DNA of 54,102 bases from Ktedonobacterales bacterium (lineage in GTDB: Bacteria > Chloroflexota > Ktedonobacteria > Ktedonobacterales > JACDGC01): the NCBI GenBank assembly GCA_013815535.1, contig JACDGC010000002.1, positions 1 through 54,102 on the forward strand, read 5' to 3'. Positions 37,859 through 45,689 of the stretch are shown in pieces. Under the pieces are notes generated by a model. The model ran no database searches and was not told the DNA's origin. It saw only the letters and a program-made list of their open reading frames with translations. Position 1 is the stretch's first letter, and each line of letters begins with the position of its first letter. A program made the position numbers and the translations under genes.

Positions 37859-37887
37859 ATGATAGCATATATATCGAAGATTGTCAA
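37859..37887 (-). promoter_or_regulatory. sigma70-type promoter TTGACA-N17-TATCAT immediately upstream of arsR (leaderless or near-leaderless)
   Basis: On the minus strand, -35 TTGACA (37887-37882), a 17-nt spacer and -10 TATCAT (37864-37859). The GTG start is only 6 nt downstream. The spacer contains the imperfect inverted repeat ATATCGAAGA/TTGTCAATAT, a possible ArsR operator. Confidence 0.45.
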
Positions 37888-37911
37888 TATAGGGGGGCAA
37901 GGCCGTTTGAC

Positions 37912-39999
37912 CTAGGACGCTGCAAGTGGTGCCAAGCGGGAGAGAACATCGGCCTGTGTCCAAGGACGAATGCACAATTCGCCATGGGTTTGCTCTTTGA
38001 GTGCTGCGGCTACGGTCGCAACTTCTGAAGAGCGTGGTGTGGCGGTCAACCCTGGCTCGGGCGTTTGTGTCAAAAGATATTGGACGTGCAAGAAAGCATG
38101 CGTTTCCTCACATGCCGCTAACGCACCGCGTAAATTGCTCCACCACCGTGCGTTGTCTGATTGCAATGTCAACAGGCGTAACAGGACGAGAATGCACGTT
38201 GCATAATCATGTAAGCCGGCAAAGCAATCTGCAAGATAGGCCAGGTGAGTCGTTTCCATTTCCGGTAAGAGTTCCGCATAACAGCTAATCGCTTGCCGAT
38301 ACCACCCCTGTTGCTGATAGAGGTGGCCTAAACGATGCACGATATAGCGTTCGGGCGTTGCGGCCTGTGCTTGCTCGAATAGACGAATCGCGGCGTCGTG
38401 GTGTCCTTCATCAGCAAGCATACTTCCATAATAGAATAGCGAAGCTGTTGAGGCATCGTCAGTGAGCTTCGTGGCTCCCACCAGTTCACGTGCCTGAGCA
38501 TCGGCCCCGTTAGCGCGATACACTAAATATAATTCTTTGACGATGAACATATCCTGTGGCTCACTGGCAAGCCATTGCTGGTAGGCACGCACGGCCACTT
38601 CGCCATAGGTGAGATCGCTGCGCCAGAGATGGCTGAGGGAAAGGGCGAGCAGTCGCAGCGCACGCCGATGTTCGGGCCGCAGGTCGACGGTGTGCTGCGC
38701 CCAATGTGCAGCAGTCGCGAAATCTTCACATTGATACGAGGCATACGCCAAGGCATAAGCTTCAGCGGGCATCTGCTGGACGGCTGGTATCCTGGCAAAT
38801 GCTTCGAGGAGCAGGTGTTGGGCATGACTTGGCTGGCCGCAACGAACCTCCGTCGCCGCCCAACAGCTCAGTGCTTGCCACCGCATTGGATCGCGTTGTA
38901 ATGCCGCGGCATATGCCGCATATTCTTCCTCATGGCGGCCCAAATGAAAAAGACACACGCCTTTGTTCGTCAATACTTGGCCCGCGAGCAACGCATCGGG
39001 ATCATGGGAGAGCGCATCATCATAATGAAGTAAGGCCTCTTCATAATAACCCAGTGCCTTGAGCGCATTGCCGTGGTTGTAATCGTTGTGGACTTTGGGC
39101 GGATAAGCGAGTTGCGCGCCAAGTGCGGCGAAAATTGCGGTAGCTTCCACGAGTAAGTGACGAGGTACTGGCGTGTGGGTATTCGTGTATTCGGTGAGAA
39201 TGCTGGCGCGAGTCCCCAGGTACTCGATCCCCACAGCGCCTTTGGCTTGGGCGGCGTTGATCGCGTGGAACGCATCATCAATAGCGTCACGCTCATACGC
39301 GAGCTTCGCGATAGCGAGATCGATCCGCCAATTCTGTGGTGCTTGGGCCGCTGCCGTCTGTAAGCGGGCGAGCATTGCGAGCTGTTGAGCAGAAAGTGGC
39401 AGCAGCGTTGGTTTCCGGGGAACAGGGGTGCCCGGTTGCGGCACCCCCTGAGCAATGTACGGATCAGGTTGGGCCAACTGCACCTGTTGTTCCTGCTCAA
39501 GATGCTGTCCGAGCCTGCGATAGGCGGCATCCAACACAACAGGTAATGTGCCAAGCTCGCCGCGTTGCAGCATGTGCGTGGCGGGAACAGGAATCGTGCG
39601 CATCCCGGCTCCTGTCAGCCACTGGGGATTGGCAGCAAGTTGGGCGGCAATCACCGGCTGGATATGCACCCAATACCCGCATTCGCGTGTGATGTCCCAC
39701 AGCACCAGGAACACTGGCCAGAGGATACGTTGCCATTGGCGTAAATGGACGACTTTTACGCGATACTGATACCCTTGTTTGTGCCCATATTTACTCACAT
39801 CATCGGTACTCTTGAGTTGAATGTACCCATCTTTGCCCGTCATCTCTCCCTGATGAAACGGATGGAGCAGAAAATCTTGCCCGTAATCGGCGGAAATCTT
39901 CGTCACACTCCATTGTGCCCGCTGAAAGCAGGCGCTTACCTGTGATTCACCGAGTTCATTGAAGATGTGTTGGAACGGTTTGCGTGAAGCGGCTGCCAT
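37912..39999 (-). CDS. DUF4365-like (PD-(D/E)xK-type) N-terminal domain fused to a long TPR array (695 aa)
   Basis: N-terminal GESQVSACFQRAQWSV..DYGQDFLL..GYIQLKSTD matches the DUF4365 pattern. About 400 aa of TPR-like repeats follow (EEALLHYDDAL, YAAYAAALQ, AAIRLFEQA, QAISCYAEL). Confidence 0.75.
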   Translation of the reverse strand: MAAASRKPFQHIFNELGESQVSACFQRAQWSVTKISADYGQDFLLHPFHQGEMTGKDGYIQLKSTDDVSKYGHKQGYQYRVKVVHLRQWQRILWPVFLVLWDITRECGYWVHIQPVIAAQLAANPQWLTGAGMRTIPVPATHMLQRGELGTLPVVLDAAYRRLGQHLEQEQQVQLAQPDPYIAQGVPQPGTPVPRKPTLLPLSAQQLAMLARLQTAAAQAPQNWRIDLAIAKLAYERDAIDDAFHAINAAQAKGAVGIEYLGTRASILTEYTNTHTPVPRHLLVEATAIFAALGAQLAYPPKVHNDYNHGNALKALGYYEEALLHYDDALSHDPDALLAGQVLTNKGVCLFHLGRHEEEYAAYAAALQRDPMRWQALSCWAATEVRCGQPSHAQHLLLEAFARIPAVQQMPAEAYALAYASYQCEDFATAAHWAQHTVDLRPEHRRALRLLALSLSHLWRSDLTYGEVAVRAYQQWLASEPQDMFIVKELYLVYRANGADAQARELVGATKLTDDASTASLFYYGSMLADEGHHDAAIRLFEQAQAATPERYIVHRLGHLYQQQGWYRQAISCYAELLPEMETTHLAYLADCFAGLHDYATCILVLLRLLTLQSDNARWWSNLRGALAACEETHAFLHVQYLLTQTPEPGLTATPRSSEVATVAAALKEQTHGELCIRPWTQADVLSRLAPLAAS

Positions 40000-40087
40000 A
40001 CCCCATCCTTAGTTCGTGAACTGACTTTACCGTAGCATATCCCCTGTGTCCGTGTTGTTTCACAGGACCAAAAGGCCAGCGGCTCAG

Positions 40088-40372
40088 CTATTTGTCGTAG
40101 CAGGCGTCTCCCGTCCAAAGCACCTTTTCCAAGGAGCGGGGAGGGAGCGGGTCCTTACGCAAGGGTTGGCGGATTCCCTGCCACCAACCCACATCATGCC
40201 ATGCTCCCAGTTTGTACCCTACTTGGCGGTAGACACCCAACTTCCCTATTCCCATCGCTTCATGGAGGGCAATACTGGCCGGATTGGGCAAGGCAAAGCT
40301 CGCGAAGACCTGATAGAACCCTTGGCCAGTCTTTGAAATTACCCACATACGCGATGCTCTGCTCATCCCCAA
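40088..40372 (-). pseudogene. 3' remnant of a GNAT N-acetyltransferase (phosphinothricin/ArsN-type)
   Basis: ...NPASIALHEAMGIGKLGVYRQVGYKLGAWHDVGWWQ matches the C-terminus of PAT-like GNATs. The N-terminal half is missing or out of frame in 40373-40620. Confidence 0.5.
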
Positions 40373-40656
40373 AGAACCAGTGTCGCAGATTTCATCGCAG
40401 TTACCCTCGATTCCCGTCTGCTCTCAGTGATAATTCACTGCTGCCTGAAATGCGGTGCGTTCTTGGAAGTCTACAAAGTGGTAGCGGGCAAAATGGATGT
40501 CGGGCCAAACGTGCTTCATACCTCGCCAACACAGATATATTGAATAATCCGCTCATTGGGAAAATACCGAGGCGCTCCGCGATTTATGACCATGATTCCA
40601 GCTACTGGTGCCTCCCTGTTCGCTTTACCTGATCACCTGCTCACTTTTTTGGGGTA

Positions 40657-40777
40657 GTGGCACGAATTCTGAGATTTCCAGTGGGTAGTGTCAGATTTTC
40701 TGAGACGCAGTGACACGAATTTTGAGATTATCGGCACCAAATCCCCCCTTTAGTGACATGAATTCTGAGATCGGACA
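40657..40777. repeat. tns-distal end: four spaced TnsB-type binding-site repeats
   Basis: GTGGCACGAATTCTGAGATT (40657), GTGTCAGATTTTCTGAGAC (40688), GTGACACGAATTTTGAGATT (40710) and GTGACATGAATTCTGAGATCGGACA (40754-40777). Confidence 0.8.
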
Positions 40778-40782
40778 ACCAA
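40778..40782. repeat. target-site duplication ACCAA (right copy)
   Basis: Identical to 11372-11376. Confidence 0.8.
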
Positions 40783-41041
40783 GCTACCTGTATTTGTAGA
40801 TTTTCGGGATGTTGTGATTGCCTGGGCACGCTATCCCCTTTAGGCTCACAGGGCGACATTGTCGTATTTACCCTGGTTGCTATACAATCTGCTCTGCGAG
40901 AAGATGTTGTTAGCTTTTGCCGAGGGTGCCTGTGGTACCTGCCCTAAATCACTGCCCCATATTTTATTATCTGCATGAAGAAATACCGATAAAGGATAGC
41001 ATGTTATGGCCTCTTGTCCCTGGCGTAGAGCCATAAACGCA

Positions 41042-41082
41042 CCAGTTTTTGTGAGGTTGATTCAACCTCACAAAAAGCAAGC
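41042..41082. repeat. 41-bp inverted repeat, left copy (31-bp perfect palindrome T5-GTGAGGTTGA-T-TCAACCTCAC-A5 plus asymmetric arms)
   Basis: CCAGTTTTTGTGAGGTTGATTCAACCTCACAAAAAGCAAGC. The reverse complement of 46274-46314 matches 40/41. Confidence 0.75.
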
Positions 41083-41107
41083 TATCACTATGCTTATGAT
41101 GTGGATC

Positions 41108-41168
41108 TTTACGCGAATCTTCGAACGATTTTACGCCAAGGTTCGAAAATTTACGCGAAGGTTCGAAA
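41108..41168 (+). repeat. three direct 21-bp-phased copies of TTTACGCGAAGGTTCGAAA
   Basis: TTTACGCGAATCTTCGAAC (41108), TTTTACGCCAAGGTTCGAAA (41129) and TTTACGCGAAGGTTCGAAA (41150). Confidence 0.7.
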
Positions 41169-41651
41169 GTAACCAAGAGATGTTGTCAGAACTTTGACGA
41201 CGGGTGAGGCGGCACCTGTTCTCGAAGGAAGCGATAGATGATAAAAAGCTGTTGCTGAGATCGAAATTCAAAAATGGACCACAAGGTACTTTTATTGTCG
41301 CTGCAATTGATACAGAGGAACGAGTACCATGAGGAAAAACAGCGAAGTGTGGGAGCGGCCTGTGCCTGTGGGGCAGATGACTGCGCCGACTGAGTCGGCC
41401 ACACGGGGTGCGTCCTCCTCCGCTGACTGGCATCCCCTGTGCAAGCGCAGTCAGCATTCCCCCCTTCTCTGGAGGTTGTCCATGACCCAACCAGCCGCAA
41501 GCTTCAATGGGGCGGCCCTGGATGAAGCCGTCATCCCCCCAAAGAACCGGCCATCGAGACGAGGGCAAGGATCCCCAGTCAGCCGCAGGGACCGGGGCCG
41601 CTTGATTCGACCAGCCCCCTGGTGGTAAGGTAGACGGAGACGACCTTCCGT

Positions 41652-41700
41652 CTCGCGATGAGGCTCGCGTTACGCCATCCCTGGCTAATAGCTTCTACCG
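41652..41700 (+). promoter_or_regulatory. fluoride riboswitch (crcB RNA motif) aptamer
   Basis: CUCGCGAUGAGGCUCGCGUUACGCCAUCCCUGGCUAAUAGCUUCUACCG. It aligns with the remembered B. cereus crcB aptamer (GGCGAUGGAGUUCGCCAUAAACGCUGCUUAGCUAAUGACUCCUACC). P1 is CGCG/CGCG, with a GAGGCU/AGCUUC long-range helix and a GCCA-UCCC-UGGC hairpin. It lies 94 nt upstream of crcB. Confidence 0.7.
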
Positions 41701-41793
41701 ATCGTTGGTGCTCTGTGTGCCACGCGGGAGAAGCCGACGCGGTTGACGCTGCTCCCCGAAGCACATGAGCTTTCGCCCTCAAGGGAGATCGTT

Positions 41794-42177
41794 GTGCCGA
41801 GTATCGCGCTTGTATTGTGGACCGGAATGGCGGCGATGGCGGGGACGCAAACCCGCCATGTGCTCGCCATTCGCTTTCGCCAACGCGGGGGGGATGCCTT
41901 CCCCTGGGGCACCCTGTGGATCAATCTCACCGGCACCTTCCTCATTGGCCTCGCCCTGGCCCTCTTCGCGTCCCATGCGTCCTGGTCAGCCTGGCACATC
42001 CCGGTGATCCTGGGCTTTCTGGGCGGCTACACTACCTTTAGCACCTTCATGTTGGAATCCGCCCGCTTGCGTCGGCGGGGCCAGCGGTGGCGTGCCTTGG
42101 GCTATGTGCTGCTCAGCGGCATCGGCGGCCCATTGCTGGCAATCGGTGGCATGGTGTGGGGAGGACATGGCGTATGA
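41794..42177 (+). CDS. crcB: fluoride channel CrcB/Fluc (subunit 1)
   Basis: 127 aa, 4 TM. GTLWINLTGTFLIG and GFLGGYTTFSTF motifs. GTG 41794 with AAGGGAG upstream. Confidence 0.85.
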   Translation: MPSIALVLWTGMAAMAGTQTRHVLAIRFRQRGGDAFPWGTLWINLTGTFLIGLALALFASHASWSAWHIPVILGFLGGYTTFSTFMLESARLRRRGQRWRALGYVLLSGIGGPLLAIGGMVWGGHGV

Positions 42178-43094
42178 CCGCCCCCGTCTTCGCTTCGCTC
42201 GACAGTGATGCTGACCAACTGGCGCCCTCACGGACCTGGCGGACCCTTTTTCTCGAACTCAGCCTCGTGCTGAGCGGGAGCCTCGTGGGGGTGGCGGCAC
42301 GAGCGGCCATCCAGCTCGGCGTTGGCCCCGCCCTCAATCAGTGGGCGGGCGGGTGGCCGCTCGATCTCCTCCTCATCAATGGGAGTGGCTCCGCCCTGAT
42401 TGGCCTCTTCGCGGGGTGGCGCGATGAGGCAAGCCGCACGCATGAGCAGCTGTGGTTGGCCCTCGCCATCGGGTTCCTCGGCACCTACACGACGTTTAGT
42501 TCCCTGGCGGGGGATCTCGCGCAATGGACGCTGCACGGCCAGGTGGTCCTGGGGGTGGGCTACCTCATCGGGAGTATTGGGGTGGGTTTGGTGGCGGTCG
42601 AAGGCGGATTGGCATGGGGGCAGCACCTGGCCGCGCAGCATCGCCGCCCTGCTCGCCCCCTCCCCCCGGTGCTCCAGCGCATTGCCGTGGCCTACGATGG
42701 CACGTCCGGCAGTGAGCAAGCCCTGGCCCTCGCGATCACGCTCGCTACCTGTTCGCAGGCGCAGATTCATCTCTGCTCTGTCGCTGAGCGCATTCCGCGC
42801 TTCGCGACTAGTCCCACCACGTGGGACCGCCGTGCCGGGGAACAAGCCCAGGCATTGACGCGGCGGCAGGAGGAAGCGCGACACCACATGCTCGCCGCTG
42901 GATTAGGGGTGCCCATCTGCCATGTGGTGGTCGGCCTGCCCCGTGAGCAGCTGCCGGCCTTGGTCACCGCGGTTGACGCGCAACTGTTGATTGTGGGGAG
43001 TCATGGCCGCACCCAACGCGCCAAACGGCTGGTGGGATCGACCGCGTATCGCCTCTTTGATCGCGTGGCGTGTCCCGTCATCGTCATTGGGTAA
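42174..43094 (+). CDS. crcB: CrcB/Fluc (subunit 2) fused to a C-terminal universal stress protein (USP) domain
   Basis: N-terminal LLINGSGSALIGLF ... GFLGTYTTFSSL. C-terminal 140 aa RIAVAYDGTSGSEQAL...LLIVGSHGRT...GSTAYRLFDRVACPVIVI (USP). ATGA overlap with crcB-1. Confidence 0.8.
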   Translation: MTAPVFASLDSDADQLAPSRTWRTLFLELSLVLSGSLVGVAARAAIQLGVGPALNQWAGGWPLDLLLINGSGSALIGLFAGWRDEASRTHEQLWLALAIGFLGTYTTFSSLAGDLAQWTLHGQVVLGVGYLIGSIGVGLVAVEGGLAWGQHLAAQHRRPARPLPPVLQRIAVAYDGTSGSEQALALAITLATCSQAQIHLCSVAERIPRFATSPTTWDRRAGEQAQALTRRQEEARHHMLAAGLGVPICHVVVGLPREQLPALVTAVDAQLLIVGSHGRTQRAKRLVGSTAYRLFDRVACPVIVIG

Positions 43095-43270
43095 CCCGGC
43101 ATCAACGGTCACGCGCTGATCAAGGCAGTGCGCTTCCCCCAAGGCGACCTGCCGCCACGCGGGCGGTGCCAGATGCGCCATACACGTCATGTAACGGGTG
43201 TTGCACAGTGATGAGCACGGCTGGTATGATCCTCATGCAACACCTGTTACATGAGGAAGAAAGAGGCGTC

Positions 43271-43816
43271 ATGGAAGCTCTATCCTGGCTGCTCTTTCTC
43301 CCGCAAGCGCCGGCCACATCCTCGAGCTTGCGGGTCCAAATCTGGCGGCACTTGCGTGCCGCCGGGGCCATCACGCTCCAAAACGGGGTGTGGGTCTTAC
43401 CAGCCAGCGACGCCCACGTGCAGTTTTTGCGACAGGAAGAAGCCGAACTAGCCGCCCACGGGGGCACCGCTTGGCTCTTTACCGCGATGCCTCTCGATGG
43501 CGACCTCGTCGAGCGCTTCCGCAGCGAGCGTGACCGGGAATATGTCGAGGTCGTCGAGCGGTGCCAGGGATTACGGGACGAACTCGCCCGCGAAACGGCC
43601 GCGGGGAAATGGACCTTCGCGGAACTCGAAGAGAACGAGCAGGATCTCGCCAAGTTGGAGCGCTGGCTCGCCCAGATTCGTGCGCGTGATTTCTTTGCCG
43701 CCTCCGGGGCGGAGGCGGCAGCGGCAGCCCTCGCTGCCGGTCGCCAGGCGCTCACCGCGTTTGCCCAAGTGGTGTATGCCCAGGAAGGCATCCTTCCTTC
43801 CCAAGGAGCTGACTAA
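43271..43816 (+). CDS. ChrB N-terminal-domain protein
   Basis: LLFLPQAPATSSSLRVQIWRHLRAAGAITLQNGVWVLPAS resembles the ChrB N-terminus (ITSLP..A..R.R.WR.LK..GA..LRDGVYLLP). Confidence 0.7.
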   Translation: MEALSWLLFLPQAPATSSSLRVQIWRHLRAAGAITLQNGVWVLPASDAHVQFLRQEEAELAAHGGTAWLFTAMPLDGDLVERFRSERDREYVEVVERCQGLRDELARETAAGKWTFAELEENEQDLAKLERWLAQIRARDFFAASGAEAAAAALAAGRQALTAFAQVVYAQEGILPSQGAD

Positions 43817-43817
43817 C

Positions 43818-44783
43818 ATGCTCATGACCATTTTGGTCGCTGTAGCGCTGGTAGGTGGGGGCACGCTGCTCTTACTCCGCGGGGCGGACTGGTTCACCGA
43901 TGGCGCGACCGACCTCGCCCGCGAACTGGGGGTCAGCACCCTGTTGGTCGGCATTGTGTTGGCGGGGCTGGAGCCGGAAGAGATGCTCACCGCCGCCATC
44001 GCCTCGGGACGGGGCGCGGCGGGCATCGCCCTCGGGGATATCATTGGGACCAATGTGACTATCGTGCTCGCGGCCCTTGGCCTTGCGGCGTGGCTCACAC
44101 CCCTGATCATCCACCCTGCGGTGCGGCGTCAGGCGGTCATTGCCACCCTCGCCTCAGTTCCCCCCATTATCGCCCTGTACCTGGGCTTCATCCCGCGCTG
44201 GGTCGGCGTGCTCCTGTTGGCCCTCTTCGTGGGCTACACGCTGCTCTTGGTGCGGGTGGACCATCAGGCCCTGGCACGGCAGACCGCGGCCGAGCAATTG
44301 GAGCAGGACGATGAGGATGCGGATGCCCCCGCTCCGTCACGCCGCACCCTGTTGACGCTGACCGTCGGCGGTTTGGTGGCGATGGCAGCAGGGGGACCCC
44401 TCATTGTCGAGGGGGCCTTGCGCTTCACGACGGCGCTCGGGCTGCGGCAATCTGCCGTTGGACTCACCATTGTGGCGCTGGGCACGGCGGCGGAGATGTT
44501 CGCGCTTGCCGTGGCGGCGGCGCGGCGGCATCAGGCGGATATCCTGGTGGGGGGTATCATCGGCTCCTTCGCCTACAATCTGCTGGTGACGCTAGGACTG
44601 GCCGCCGTCGTGCGTCCCCTCCCCGTCGCGCCTCAGTTTCTCCAGGTTGGTGTGCCCGTGATGATCGCGGCGCACCTCGTCTTACTGGGCCTTGTCTTTC
44701 GCGGGCGGATGGGGCGCGTTACGGGGGCCCTGCTGATGGGGGGTTATGGCGTTTATCTCGTGGCCGTGGTGGTGCATGGCTGA
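43818..44783 (+). CDS. CaCA-family (sodium/calcium exchanger type) membrane protein
   Basis: About 10 TM with two internal repeats (GIVLAGLEPEEMLTA; VALGTAAEMFALA). CCAAGGAG lies 9 nt upstream of the ATG. Confidence 0.8.
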   Translation: MLMTILVAVALVGGGTLLLLRGADWFTDGATDLARELGVSTLLVGIVLAGLEPEEMLTAAIASGRGAAGIALGDIIGTNVTIVLAALGLAAWLTPLIIHPAVRRQAVIATLASVPPIIALYLGFIPRWVGVLLLALFVGYTLLLVRVDHQALARQTAAEQLEQDDEDADAPAPSRRTLLTLTVGGLVAMAAGGPLIVEGALRFTTALGLRQSAVGLTIVALGTAAEMFALAVAAARRHQADILVGGIIGSFAYNLLVTLGLAAVVRPLPVAPQFLQVGVPVMIAAHLVLLGLVFRGRMGRVTGALLMGGYGVYLVAVVVHG

Positions 44784-44793
44784 AGGACATCGC

Positions 44794-45387
44794 ATGAAGA
44801 CGGCAAAGTTGGTGCAGCGCGGACTGTGGCTGGAATACGTGACCCTGGGCTGGAATGTGGTCGGGGTGGGGATCGTGGCGTGGGCAGCGGTGCTGGCCCG
44901 CTCGGTGGCCCTGGCGGGTTTTGGGCTGGATTCGTTGATCGAGATTGTCGCCTCGGTCGTCGTGGTATGGCAGTTACGCGGCAGCAATGCCCACCGCGAA
45001 CGCACCGCCTTGCGATTGATTGCGAGCGCGTTCGGCGTCCTGGTGGTCTACATCGTCGGGCAACTCGTCGTGACGCTGCTGACGCGCACGCATCCGCAGC
45101 CATCAGCGGGTGGCGTGGTGTGGCTGGCGCTGACCCTCGTGACGATGCTGCTGCTGGCCACCGGCAAACGGGTGACAGGCAATCAATTGGGCAACGCGGT
45201 GCTGCAAACCGAAGGGCGGGTGACCCTGGTCGATGCATATCTGGCGGGCGCCGTGCTCCTGGGTTTACTGCTCAATGCCCTCCTGGGGTGGTGGTGGGCT
45301 GACCCGCTGGCCGGCCTCGTGATCGTTTATTATGGGGTCAAAGAGGCCCGGCATGCCTGGCAGGAAGCCACCGCTGAGGAGACCTGA
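44794..45387 (+). CDS. cation-efflux (CDF-like) transmembrane-domain protein
   Basis: LEYVTLGWNVVGVGIVAWAA...ALAGFGLDSLIEIVASVVVVWQL is typical of cation-efflux TMDs. 197 aa with no cytoplasmic C-terminal domain. Confidence 0.7.
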   Translation: MKTAKLVQRGLWLEYVTLGWNVVGVGIVAWAAVLARSVALAGFGLDSLIEIVASVVVVWQLRGSNAHRERTALRLIASAFGVLVVYIVGQLVVTLLTRTHPQPSAGGVVWLALTLVTMLLLATGKRVTGNQLGNAVLQTEGRVTLVDAYLAGAVLLGLLLNALLGWWWADPLAGLVIVYYGVKEARHAWQEATAEET

Positions 45388-45392
45388 CACCG

Positions 45393-45674
45393 ATGACCGG
45401 ACTGACCCTCTTTGGAGCCAGCGCCGTCACAACGATGCTGTTGGCGTACCTGCTGGAACGCCGCTCATCGTGGTGGGTCCTCACTTTTCGCTCCGAGACT
45501 ATGATGCGGGAGGAACGGATCGGGATGCTGGACGATATCCCGCCCATCTCTGAAGCAGAGCTAGCGGTGCTGGATCAGGAGGATGAAGAGCTAGCCTGGC
45601 TGTTCGAGGAACGAGGCCGAAAAAAGCGGGTAAGGAAGCAGACTACCGCAGACCTGGGAGACACCTCGGAGTAA
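45393..45674 (+). CDS. hypothetical small protein (one TM, then an acidic tail)
   Basis: The ORF starts 6 nt after the upstream stop. Coding status is weak. Confidence 0.35.
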   Translation: MTGLTLFGASAVTTMLLAYLLERRSSWWVLTFRSETMMREERIGMLDDIPPISEAELAVLDQEDEELAWLFEERGRKKRVRKQTTADLGDTSE

Positions 45675-45689
45675 GCCGCTTGGTCGGAA

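Larger units (their letters stand above)
11377..40777. mobile_element. Tn7-like transposon, 29,401 bp (tnsA-tnsB-tnsC-tniQ plus cargo)
   Basis: The termini are TGTCGGATCTCAGAATTCATGTCACTA (11377) and the reverse complement of ...TAGTGACATGAATTCTGAGATCGGACA (ends 40777); they match 26/27 and show TGT/ACA ends. Sub-terminal repeated 20-bp sites, a 5-bp direct duplication and a full TnsA/TnsB/TnsC/TniQ gene set are present. Confidence 0.9.

Noticed and set aside
11377-40777. CRISPR-associated transposon (CAST), or glmS/tRNA-targeted Tn7.
   Set aside because: There are no cas genes or CRISPR repeats inside the element. Neither flank is the 3' end of glmS, a tRNA or any other conserved gene.
41129-41168. 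GGTTCGAA inside the repeated motif resembles a tRNA T-arm, suggesting tRNA fragments or att sites.
   Set aside because: No complementary T-stem, acceptor stem or anticodon arm can be drawn around any copy. No tRNA gene was found anywhere in the window.
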